DNA of 64,000 bases, from assembly GCA_004431415.1 (NCBI GenBank), contig QPMI01000477.1, positions 434,001 through 498,000 on the forward strand. Direction: 5' to 3'. Every line of letters begins with the position of its first letter. Positions within the stretch are counted from its first letter, which is position 1. A model generated the notes under the pieces. That model had not been told where the DNA came from, ran no database searches, and saw only the letters and a program-made list of their open reading frames with translations. Below, piece by piece: positions 1 through 10,800 of this stretch. Made by a program: the position numbers and the translations under genes. Source of the DNA: Cyanophora paradoxa CCMP329. Taxonomy: Eukaryota; Plantae; Glaucophyta.

Positions 1-2614
1 ATCTGAGATTCATGACGACGTGGAATCTGCTTGCATTCACAGTGACAGAGCCAAGGACAGCAGCTGCTTCGTACACGGTCCGCGCGACCGAAATCGGGAC
101 CGGGTGGCTTAACCTTGTGTGGGGTGCGCCATCGTATCGGCTCGCAAACAAGGAACAGTTTTGCTCAATTCCGTGCAGAGTCCTTTGCTTTCAGTGAGGG
201 TGCGTTCGGCGGCGCGCGGCCCGCGTCGGGATCTGGATCTGAGGCCGGCGCACTCGTCTTTGGGGCGGGTTGGGCCGAACCGCGCTTCACGGTCACCCTC
301 TCCTCATCGGACGGCGCGCCACGATCGTGGGAGGGCCTCGCGGGCGCCGCGCACAACGCGACGGGTCTGCAACCCGGGGCGACGTACGGCGTGGCGGTGC
401 GGCAGGGCTGGGTCGGCCTCTCGGAGTCGTTCCTCCTCGACAGCATACTTGCCCGCACCGCGTCGCAGACGGGTGAACTTTGATATTAATCTCGCTTGAA
501 ATATCTGGGAGTTCTGCTTACTTGGACGACAGGCAACGCGACGGCGTCGGCCGTCGAGATCAGCTTGACGCTGCTCTTCTCCGACGCGGAGCTGGCGGAC
601 CTCGTCGAAGTCGATCCGGACGCGAATTCCAACGCGAATTCCAACTCCAACGCCAACTCCAACGCGAATTCGAACGGAAATTCGAAAGGCAACGCCGGCG
701 CTGGATCCAACTCGAACGCGGGCGCGAATTCGAAGGCGGAAACCGCACCAAGCGCTGTTGCCTTCACAATTACGTTCGACCTGCCCTGCTCCAGCCTTTC
801 CGTGTGCCTTTCTTATCCATGTCGGGTATTTTATATATTTATTTATATCTCCGCGCAGGGCTCCCTGGCGAAACGAATGGTGCAATCGCTGACAGAGACG
901 CTGGAGCTGGAGGCGGGGCAGCTCCGCTTCACCGGCATCCGCTGCGTCGCCGCCGCCTCACGCGCCCGCCGCCTTGCCGCCGGCGCCGCTGCGGGCGGCG
1001 ACCGCGTGCTGGCGGACTTCGTCGCGCGCGCCTCGGCGGAGGTGCAGTCGGCCGGCGCCGCGTCGACGGCGGCGGAGCTGCAGCGCATCGAAACGGCTCT
1101 GGCGGCGCCCGAAGTCGCCAAGAGCCTCGCCGAGGGCGGCGCCCCCGTCGTCCAGCTCGCCGTCAAGCCGGCGGCGACAGCGGCGCCCGCCTCCGCCCCT
1201 GCGGACTCGGCTTCTTCTTCTTCTGCGCCGACGTCGAAGCCCTCACAGACATCGTTATCGGATTCGGGCTCCGGCGGGCTGCCCCTCGCGGTCGTCGCTG
1301 GCGCGGCGGGCGGTGGAGCGGCTCTAGTGGCGGCCGTCATCGCAGCCGTCGTCCTCCGTCGCCGGCGGGCCGCCCGTCGTCGGCGTGGCTCCATTTCAGA
1401 GCTCGAGCCCCAGCCACTTTCCACAGCCGTTGCGGACGGGGCGCACAGGATGGAAGATGAAACGCCAGAGCCGGCAGGGGTTCGCTGGGCCCAGCCGTCG
1501 CCGCGCTTGAGTTTGGAGGTGAAGATCGGGGCCGGCATCGGCCGCGATCGCGAAGACGCGCCGGGTTCCGTCGAGAAAAACAGATTCGAAGCGAAGAAAA
1601 CCACAAGCGCGACGACGACGACGCCTACCGCGAAACCGACGGCGGGTCGGGGCAGGGCCCCGAATTCGCGAACGAAGCTCACGGTCCAGCTGACGCCGCC
1701 CACGGCCGCCCACGCCTTCAGCTTCGTCGCGCCCCCGCAGCAGCGAGAGTCCCCGCGAAGGCCCGGGACGCTCGATCGCGAGCTCGAAAGCGAGCCGGAC
1801 GTCGACGTCGACGTCGATCTCAAGGATCCGGAGCCCGCGACATCGCCGTCGACGGGGATCCGGATCCGGAGCTCGAGCTCGAGGAATGCACAGCCGGCTG
1901 GCCATGGCACCGCGCCCGCCGACACGGGTCCGGGCTGCATCCAATCTCTCGAAAAGTTTGACGAGCCTCCATACGCCTCCGGATCCGCCCCCGCCGCCAA
2001 TACCTCTCCAAATTCTTCGGCGTCGGTCTCGAACTCGGAACGCGCACGGAGGCTCGCGGGCAGGCTGCCGCCCCTCGCGATCGCGGTCCAGGGCCAGCTG
2101 CAGGCCAGAGTCCGGGTAGAAGCGCGAGCCCCGCTTCGGGCCCCGCGCTGCCTCCGAAGCCCACCTACGTCTCCGGCGCAGCCAACGTAAACTTAAGCTT
2201 TAACCAGGGCGCATCAGACGTCCCTGTTCTCCAGGTCGCCTCGCCCAAGTGCGCCGCCTGCATCGATTAGCACTACTCCCCGACTCGGATTCAAAATGAT
2301 CGTTATCTTTCCGCGGCAGGTACGGGGCCAACCCTCGATCGAGCGCGAGGCAGAGTCGCAGTCCGCGAGCGCAGACAAGTCGAAGCAGGGCGCTCAGCCG
2401 CGGACAGGCCGGGGAGCCGTGGCTCAACCCCGCGGCCGGGGCCTCGTTCCCCCTCCACCCAAGGGGGCGCCCCGGATCCAGCAGCAGAGTCGGTTCCAGA
2501 GCCCGCACGATCCGTCAGCCCCGGGGGCGCTCGCGCGGCCTGCAGGTTGGGGCCGAAATCGAGGCCTTGCCTGGCGCAATCGAAGTCGACGTCGCCCCTC
2601 GGATTTATATCTAA
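1..2614 (+). CDS. 3' part of the duplicated type-I surface glycoprotein (FN3-like, SEA-like, TM, cytoplasmic tail); apparent homopolymer frameshifts
   Basis: Same sequence as 15326-17943. TM segment LPLAVVAGAAGGGAALVAAVIAAVVL followed by RRRRAARRRR near 1280-1386. Single-base losses at about 2103, 2222, 2463 and 2521 relative to the other copy. Confidence 0.8.
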
Positions 2615-3429
2615 TTTGAGGCCCAAAAATTGAATCCGCAGCTCGCCGCGCCTCGTTTACTCTTGCGCCTGCAGCTGATCGTTGCAGCTGCAGCTGCTGA
2701 TCACAAATCATTGAATATGTATTAATCCTCGGATTCGAATGTAGTGCCCCCGATTGCGAATTCATCCTCGAATGATCGCAATCATGGGTTCGACGTCTGC
2801 GATCATGATCATGACGTGAAGAGAGAGGCCGCCAGCCGCGATGAAGCCTAGCTATAGGCCTAGGCCTGCCGCTGCCCGCGGCCGGCCACAGCTGCAGCGC
2901 GCGCTCTGGTCGAAGATCCAGGCCCGGGGACCCGCCCTGTTTTAGCTTTACTAAGTTAGCTAGCTTCTAACTTTAGATTTAGATTTAGATCTAACTTTTG
3001 GAACCTACTAGTACGGCCCAGCTGCAGCCCATAGCTGGGCCTGCTGCGGTGCAGCTGGCTGCACTGGCCATGGCCATATATGCATGCCATGATGGGCTGC
3101 AGCTGAGCAATATTAATGGTCTCAGGCCCCTAAATTAAAGACCGTCGGACTTCAAGGCTTGAACGGAGGACGGCGCCCGGCGGGCCGGCGGCGGCCGGCC
3201 CCCTGGACGGGTCAGCGTGCGAAATTCATGATCAGTCAGCGCTAGAGCTGGCGCGAAATTCGAGCTCCAAGCCGCGGGCCGGGGCGGCTTGATCAAGCCA
3301 TCGAGCCGCCAGGAAAAGCTCAATTGCAAGCTCAAGCCCGCCGCGCCCGATCGATATCCGAGCGCGAACGCGGCCCTAGGCCTGGGATCGCCAGAGAGCA
3401 TGCATTCGCGCCGTGGTGGCAGCGCGCCG

Positions 3430-4950
3430 ATGCTCGACTGCACGCTTGCGACTGGGGCCGCGCACGCGCTCGCCGCGCTCGTGCAGCTCGTCAGCGCCGA
3501 GTTCAGCAGCAGCGCCGTCACGATGCGCTTCTTCAGCGACTCGAGCTCCAGCCACGGACTCGAGCTGCGGGTCATCAACGACGCTGCCACGTCCTTCTTC
3601 AAGGTACCGCGCGCGGCCCGAGCTTCCATGTCAGCTCTTCCGCGCACCCCTCACGCCGCACAAGCTCAGGATGCACGACACGGCGTTCCGGCAATTCAGC
3701 ATCGACAGCCCCACAGGCCTCGTCGGTACGCGCGGCGCAAGCGCGCGCGCGCCTGTCACGTAGCCGCTCATTCGCCGTGCAGACGTCAGTGCGCTGCTCC
3801 GCACGCCTTGGGGCCTTCTTCAGCTCTTTAGTCTCTCCGCGCTCGCGCCCCCGCAGCCGTGAGCGCCGCGGACCTGGCCCGCGTCTGCGCCACGGTGCGG
3901 CGGGAGGACGACGTGCGGCTCCAGGCGGGCCCGGAGTCGCTCAGCGTCTCCGTTCGGAAAGCGGGGAAGGGATCCGCGCGGGGCCGAACCTCCGTCTACA
4001 AGCTCTCCCAGCTCGAGATCCTTGGCACCGGCCCGCGCCGCGCCGCCGCCCTGCTCCGATCCCCGCCGCGCACCCGCGCGTCTCCACTAAGACCGCCCGC
4101 TGCCCGCGCCGCGTGCAGAGCCGATGTCCATCGACGTCCCGAGCGAGTTCTTCGAGGCCGAGGCCCTCATGCGTGCGCCGCCGTACCCCGGCTCCTCCTT
4201 CGCGTACCCCCCCCGAGACCCGTCCCCCCCCCTCCAGCGGCCGACCTGCTGGGGAGGTCTTCGCGGAGCTTCGGCCCCTCTCCGATGACGTCGTGATCCG
4301 CGTCGGGCCCGCGACCGTCGAGTTCGAGGGCGCGCCGTACCCCCCACCCAATCCACCCCCATCCTCGGCCCCTTCGCCTCGCTAGCCGCCCCGGTCTGGC
4401 CCGCAGCCCTTGGAACGAACCTCTCCGGGCGCGTTTCCATCGACGTGCCTACCCCCCCCCCCCTCTCCGTATCGTACTTGATTCTCGTACCCCGCTTTGC
4501 CCGCAGGTTGGGACTGAGGTCCACGTCGCTATGTCGGGGAATCCCCCGCCCCCTGTGCACGTCAAGGCGCCCAGCCCGTACCCCCGCGCGATCGCCCATG
4601 TACCCCGCTGAGCTCTTCCCCGCCTCCCCCGTGCAGTCCCGGCTGCTGAGGGGACCCGAGCGGATGGCGAAGCTGGCTACCAACGCCCTCCTGCAGGCTC
4701 GACAGCTCTTTACATTTCTTAGCCCTCCGCCCGCCCTATTTCTGATAGCGAGCGCGCCCGTGGGCAGGTCGGGCCGGAGCGGCCGCTGGGCATCCTGTTC
4801 GAGGTACCCCCCGGGGCGGACGCGCACCTGTTCCTGGCCCCCTCTCGAGGGAGGCCGAGGGCCCCGCGGGCCCCCGTCCCCTTCCCAGGGGCCGCGCGCC
4901 ACTGGCCCGGGCCCGGGCCCGCAGGCGCAGGCGATGCCGACGGGGCGTAG
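3430..4950 (+). CDS. Divergent PCNA-fold sliding clamp, upstream copy (about 10 exons; homopolymer frameshifts, either pseudogene or consensus error)
   Basis: Duplicate of 18759-20290. Loses one G at about 4250 (ctgctggggag vs ctgctgggggag) and C/G bases in the last exon. Confidence 0.65.
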
Positions 4951-5346
4951 GACTAAGCTTGAGCGCCCGCATCGCCGCGTCGGCCAAAGGATTTTGTCAT
5001 TCAGTCAACAGACTCCAAAGCAATCCAAAGCAAGGGGGTTATGAGGCGTATGATACAGGGGCGGTCTCACTAGGTACAAAAGCTTTGCATGCGCTATTAA
5101 AAAGCAGAGGCGGGAGGAGAGGGGGTGTACATTGGACGGGCTGGTGCCGCCCAATCACGCTGCGGAGGTCTGAACTGCCGTATTTACGAAGCGGGAGGGA
5201 GGGTAACGAAGGTAAAGCAGGAAGGAAGGAAGAAGGGGGAAAGGCCGCTGCTGCTGCTGGTGGTGGTAAGGGCTAAGCCGGAGTTGGAATTCGATCCGGG
5301 GCGCGCATACGTATACGGGCCCGCCCCGGCCCGCGCGCTACAAGCA

Positions 5347-6978
5347 CTACTTGAAGCGGCGGAACTCCTGGCCGATGTAATCGCAGAGGATCGCCTTGCG
5401 GTACGGCGCCTTGAGCTTGCGCATGGCGCTCTGCTCGATCTGGCGGATGCGCTCGCGCGTGAGGCCCACTATCTCGCCGATCTCGTTCAGCGTCTTCGGC
5501 GAGCCGTCCACGAGCCCTGTACGCGCGCGTACGCCGCGGGTTAGCGGCGGGCCGCGCGAGCGGGCGGGCGGGCGGCGGGCGGCGGACCGTAGCGCATGCG
5601 GATGATGTCGCGTTCCCGCGCCTTGAGGGTCGCGAGCACGTTCTCCAGGTCTTCCCTGAGCATCGTCCGCTCCAGCTGCGCGCCGCGCGTCAGCAGCGGG
5701 AGCGCTGCCGGCGCGGCGCGGCGCGGGGCCGCTGGCGCTCGCTCGCTCGCTCGCTCGCCTGCTCGTCCGGCTGCAGGCACTCGCTCTCGATGAAGTCTCC
5801 CAGGTTGTTCCTCGCTTCGTCGAACTTGTTCGCTGAGATGGGACTCTCGAGCGCTGCGGGCCGAGACGGGCGCGCGTCAGCAGAGCTCGCGCGGCGGCGG
5901 CGCGGCCGGGCGCACAGATGGGGAGCGAGGCGGCCTGCGTGATGAACGCTAGCCGGGATACGGGGATGTTAAGCTCGTCCGCCAGTTCCTCCGGCGTTGG
6001 GATGCGCCCCAGTCTGCTCGCCAGCTGCTGCCGCCTGAGATGCGGGTGCCGAATCAGCGGGTGCGGGGCGGCGGGGCGGGCCGCGCGGGCGGGTCGCGCA
6101 CGTCTTCTTGATGAGATAGAGCGAATCGTGCACGTGGACCGGCAGGCGGATGGTCCGGCCCTGGTCCTGGAGCGACCGGAAGATGGCCTGTCGGATCCAC
6201 CACGTCGCGTACTGCGAGGGGCCCGGTTCGGCGTTCGGCGCGGCGGCCCGCACGGCGCAGAATCGCTCACCGTAAGGAACTTGAAGCCCTTGTCGGGGTC
6301 GAGAGGTAAGAAGGGGTATGGAGCTGCAAGATGACCAGGGACCTGCCGGGGAACAGGCAAGTGAAGAGGCCCCGTGACAGCAAGTTGTAAGGAGGGAGGA
6401 GGCAGAGGCGGGGCCAGAGGGCCAAGGAGCACAGGGATCGGGACCGCAGGGAATGGGGGGAAAGGAGCGTCGAGAGGGGCAGCGAGAGCAGGAATAGGAA
6501 TGGGCCCAAGGGTCACTACAGGGGCCAGAGCAGGAGGGGACGGCGCAGGAGGCGGGCGACCACCAGGGATCCCCAACGGGACATTCCCACGAACGGCAAA
6601 CTCCGCAGGATTCCGGAGGACAGAATCGATGTCACGCGAAGAGACGAGGTTGTCAGCACCGCCCGAAGAAGGAGCGCCGGACGAGTCAGAATCAGAGCTT
6701 GAACTAGAACGATGAGAACCGGTACCAGACTCTGAATCATGTGCGTCATCATCCGAGGCAGCCTGATCATCAGCGTCAGCAGCAGCCAAGCGAGCGCGCC
6801 GCTCCTCCAACAATTGCCGATCGAATCCGCGCCAATTGCAAAAACCGATATACCTATATATATCATAACATATAATTTTAGTTGCGCTCAGATTGATATA
6901 TATCCGACAGGGCGGCCGGCGATTCGCCGATTCTCCGATACACACGAACACACGGGACGCGTCTTGATTCTTCGACAT
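5347..6978 (-). CDS. Chimeric ORF: acidic/Ser/Pro-rich N-terminus fused in frame to sigma-70 regions 2.3-4.2
   Basis: Open frame from ATG 6978 (MSKNQDASR...) through ...[22 protein letters not shown], then the same spliced sigma exons ([38 protein letters not shown]) to TAG 5347. The intact copy reads [13 protein letters not shown]. Confidence 0.55.
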   Translation of the reverse strand: MSKNQDASRVFVCIGESANRRPPCRIYINLSATKIICYDIYRYIGFCNWRGFDRQLLEERRARLAAADADDQAASDDDAHDSESGTGSHRSSSSSDSDSSGAPSSGGADNLVSSRDIDSVLRNPAEFAVRGNVPLGIPGGRPPPAPSPPALAPVVTLGPIPIPALAAPLDAPFPPFPAVPIPVLLGPLAPPLPPPSLQLAVTGPLHLPVPRQVPGHLAAPYPFLPLDPDKGFKFLTVSDSAPCGPPRRTPNRAPRSTRRGGSDRPSSGRSRTRAGPSACRSTCTIRSISSRRRARPARAARPAAPHPLIRHPHLRRQQLASRLGRIPTPEELADELNIPVSRLAFITQAASLPICAPGRAAAARALLTRARLGPQRSRVPSQRTSSTKRGTTWETSSRASACSRTSRRASERASASGPAPRRAGSAPAADARRAAGADDAQGRPGERARDPQGAGTRHHPHALRSAARRPPARSRGPPLTRGVRARTGLVDGSPKTLNEIGEIVGLTRERIRQIEQSAMRKLKAPYRKAILCDYIGQEFRRFK

Positions 6979-6980
6979 GA
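6303..6980 (-). other. Foreign segment at the duplication junction (5' part of another gene or of a transposon ORF)
   Basis: Unique in the window. No host-type GC-rich introns in 6303-6830, and codons on the minus strand are frequently T-ending (GCT/CCT/TCT), unlike flanking genes. Confidence 0.5.
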
Positions 6981-7389
6981 TTTCGGATTTGATTGATCGA
7001 ACACAGATCTGTCGCGGCCGCGATCGCGATCATCGAATCGACCGATCGCGGATCGCGATTCGCGATGATCCGCGCCGATGATCGCGCGAATTCGAATCGC
7101 GCGGCGCGCGATCCCATGATCGGATCATGATCAGTCACTGACTCAGTGAGTCGCCGTCGTCGGGCCGACGTCGGCCCGGCCCGTCGAGTCGGCCGCCGCT
7201 GTCGGCGTCGACTCGCCGATCCGATATCGATGATCCGATGATCATCGATATCGAACGTTAACTTCGGGGCGGCAACCCCAGCCCGTGCTAGCCGCAGTAC
7301 TACCGTGTGGCAGTGTGGCACTAAATTACCGCGGAATGCGCATAAATTACCGCGTTAGAAACTGGTCGAATTCGCCCAAAACTGGAATT

Positions 7390-7525
7390 GCCGTGGCGAT
7401 AAATTGCCGAAACTCTGGATTTCAAGTTTCTTCTATGGCGGCGGTTTAGCCCTACCCCTGAAATTGCCGAATTCGGCCCGGCCTGTCGGCAATATTAATT
7501 TTTTACGGCAATTTGAAGCCACGGC
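7390..7525. mobile_element. Possible small MITE-like element / inverted repeat
   Basis: GCCGTGGCGATAAATTGCCG (7390-7409) pairs with CGGCAATTTGAAGCCACGGC (7506-7525) at 17/20. AAATT(A/G)CCG is also repeated at 7323, 7344 and 7461. No clear TSD. Confidence 0.3.
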
Positions 7526-7805
7526 TAAATAAGCAAGCCTACAGTACAAGCCTGCCTTGAGTTGCTCCGCACTGAGTCCGCATGCGCAGCCGCTTTTCAT
7601 GAGCGTAGGCGTTCCAACTTCCAAGTTCGAATTCCAACTTCCAACTTCCGAACTTCCTTGATCATGCCATGATGAGAATCGATGATGAGCTCGAGATGCG
7701 CGTGCGCGACAACGAGCGGACGCCCCTGCATAATCATGAGCTCGAGGCGCTGATGATGACTGCAGCCTAGGCCTCCAGTATAGATAAATCACGTGCACTG
7801 CAGAA

Positions 7806-10800
7806 ATGCGGAGACGTCGATACGAAGGAAGCGCGGAGCCGCGATGCACATGTACGCCATCATACGCGGAGCTAGCTGTGTCTATAGTCAGCCTTATCGC
7901 CATCATTTCACTTTGCGGGAACTTCGCATGTGCTACGGGTGCGCCGCGCCCGCCTTGCGATCGGCCGCATTTACACGTTGCCCTATGATGCATATGCATA
8001 CGTATATGTATACGGCGTGCGCAACGAGTCTCGCAGCTGATAATGGAGGTGTCTGGAGAGCCGAGGACCACGAGGCACACGCGCGCGTGGAGCCAGCGGG
8101 CGGAGCCTCCATGCGAAAGGTCCTGCAGCTGCAGGCCGAAGAAGGAAGCGATCCCTATTCTGAAAACCTCTGGGGCTCCCTCGCGCTGGAGCTCGGCCCG
8201 TCGGCGGCGCAGGCGGACGGCTCGTCGGCCCTCGAGTGCGAGCGGGCGTGGGCCCCCGCCGACAGCGCCCTCGACTGCACCTTCAGCCCGCGGCGCGGCA
8301 ACGCTCCCATCGCCGTCGAGGCCGCCGCGTGCGCCGCCCGCCCTCGCGCAGGCCCCAATGCAATCGATCGACGGGCTCCCGCGCGCAGGTTTGCGGTGCA
8401 GCTGACGAGCGGCGAGGCGAGCCGGACGGTGTTCCTGTCGGGGGCGAGCGCGTCGTCGTTCGCGTTCTCGGTGCCGGTGGCGGGCGTGCTCGGCCGGGCG
8501 CAGCTGCGCGCGTACCTCGCGGCGACGGGGCGCGTCGTGGGCCGCCCGCTCGACGTCGAGGCCGTCGGTGCAGAGCCGCCCTGCGTCACAGGTCAAAATT
8601 CATCCAAGTCATTGACGATGCATATATGGGACCGCGCGCAGAGAGTCCAGACAGCACGTCGGAGCTCGACTGCGGGGCGCGGCTGCGAGCCCCCGGCCAG
8701 CCGGTCCAATGCAGTGCGACCGCCCATCATGGCGTCTCGAATCCGGACCATGTGTTGCCAGAGTGCCGACACCGCGCCGCGCAGCGCTGTACCCGCGGTC
8801 GATGGGGCGGGCGGTCGCGGTCGAGTCGGAGCGCGTGCTGGTGAGCGGCGTGAACGGGACCGCGCAGCTGCAGCTGGCGGCGGGAGGCGCGGGCGCCAGC
8901 CTGGCGGGCGCTGGAGGCGTCGGGATCACATTAATATTCTGGCCGTCCACGGGGCCGAACTCAAACACGAGTGGCGGGGCGGTGCGGGCGTTCGTGGGAT
9001 CGGCGGCGCTGTACAGCGAGTTCGTCTTCTTCGGTACGCCTGACAGGCCCCGCCCTCCTTGCCGGATGGGATATAAGTTTGCGGCGCCGCGCGCGCGAAT
9101 ATTAATGCGATCCCTGACCGTTCTTCGCCTGTGCAGAGCTGAACATGTACGTGGCCGCGAAACCGAGCCCCGCCGCTGCGGGCAGCAACACAACGGCACC
9201 GCCGACGTCGGCGACGCCCTCGCCAGTCGTGCGCCCCTGATCGTTGCGGTCGGCGACTGTGCTCGCGCCCCCTCACTCGATTCGCAGCCGTCGCCGTCGC
9301 CCGCGGGAGCGCCGGCGCCCAGCGCCACGCCCGCGCACGTCCCCGTCCCACCGCCGACGCCTGCACCAGCTCCGTCGCCAGCTGTGAACGCCTCTGTGTG
9401 CCGGGGAAATGCTGCGACGAGCTTGCTTCGACATTGAGGGAAGCATGATGCGATTTCGCGCAGGCGTCTGCAGGGGGAGACGATGCATACGCCTACCCGG
9501 GCGATCTGTGGAGCATCCTCGCGCTGGAGCTCGGCCCGTCGGCGGCGCAGGCGGACGGCTCGTCGGCCCTCGAGTGCGAGCGGGCGTGGGCCCCCGCCGA
9601 CGGCGCCCTCGACTGCACCTTCAGCCCGCGGCGCGGCAACGCTCCCATCGCCGTCGAGGCCGCCGCGTGAGCCGCCTCGCTTTCGCGCAGGCCGCCCTGC
9701 AGCCGATCGACGGCTCCCGCGCGCAGATTCGCGGTGCAGCTGACGAGCGGCGAGGCGAGCCGGACGGTGTTCCTGTCGGGGGCGAGCGCGTCGTCGTTCG
9801 CGTTCTCGGTGCCGGTGGCGGGCGTGCTCGGCCGGGCGCAGCTGCGCGCGTACCTCACGGCGACAGGGCGCGTCGTGGGCCGCCCGCTCGACGTCGAGGC
9901 CGTCGGTGCAAAGCCGCCATGCCTCACAGGCCGAGCGGCAGCCGAATCGTTGACGACGGGCCCGCGCGCAGAGAGTCCCGACAGCACGTCGGAGCTCGAC
10001 TGCGGGGCGCGGCTGCGAGCCCCCGGCCAGCCGGTCCAATGCAGTGCGCTCGCCCATCTCGAAACCGAACCGTGCGTGGCCAGAGTGCCGACACCGCGCC
10101 GCGCAGCGCTGTACCCGCGGTCGATGGGGCGGGCGGTCGCGGTCGAGTCGGAGCAGGTGCTGGTGAGCGGCGTGAACGGGACCGCGCAGCTGCAGCTGGC
10201 GGCGGGAGGCGCGGGCTCCAGCCTGACGGGCGCTGGAGGCGTCGGGATCACATTAATATTCTGGCCGTCCACGGGGCCGAACTCAAACACGAGTGGCGGG
10301 GCGGTGCGGGCGTTCGTGGGATCGGCGGCGCTGTACAGCGAGTTCGTCTTCTTCGGTACGTATACGCCCGTCAGGCGCCGCCCTCGTTGTTGGATGGGTG
10401 TTTTGCGGCGGGGCGCGCACGCGAATCCGTTCCCTCACCGTTTTGCCTGTGCAGAGATGAACATGTACATGACCGCGAAACCGAGCCCCGCCGCTGCGGG
10501 CAGCAACACAACGGCACCGCCGACGTCGGCGACGCCCTCGCCAGTCGTGCGCCCCTGATCGTTGCGGTCGGCGACTGTGCTCGCGCCCCCTCACTCGATT
10601 CGCAGCCGTCGCCGTCGCCCGCGGGAGCGCCGGCGCCAGCGCCACGCCCGCGCACGTCCCCGTCCCACCGCCGACGCCTGCACCAGCTCCGTCGCCAGCT
10701 GTGAACGCCTCTGTGTGCCGGGGAAATGCTGCGACGAGCTTGCTTCGACATTGAGGGAAGCATGATGCGATTTCGCGCAGGCTTCTGCAGGGGGAGACGA

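Larger units (their letters stand above)
1..6302. repeat. Tandem segmental duplication, upstream copy (matches 15326-21643; begins left of the window)
   Basis: Position 1 (atctgagattcatgacg) recurs at 15326 and identity continues to ...ttgtcggggtcga at 6302/21643. The offset drifts from 15325 to 15341; every difference I saw is a shorter G/C homopolymer in this copy. Confidence 0.97.

Noticed and set aside
2100-4950. Programmed frameshifting or pseudogenisation in the upstream copies
   Set aside because: All lesions are one-directional G/C homopolymer shortenings typical of long-read consensus error, so they cannot be called biological without reads.
7020-7027. Cyanobacterial HIP1 (GCGATCGC) as an endosymbiont DNA relic
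   Set aside because: Sporadic copies are explained by high GC and the general palindrome bias; no HIP1-specific excess can be shown by eye.
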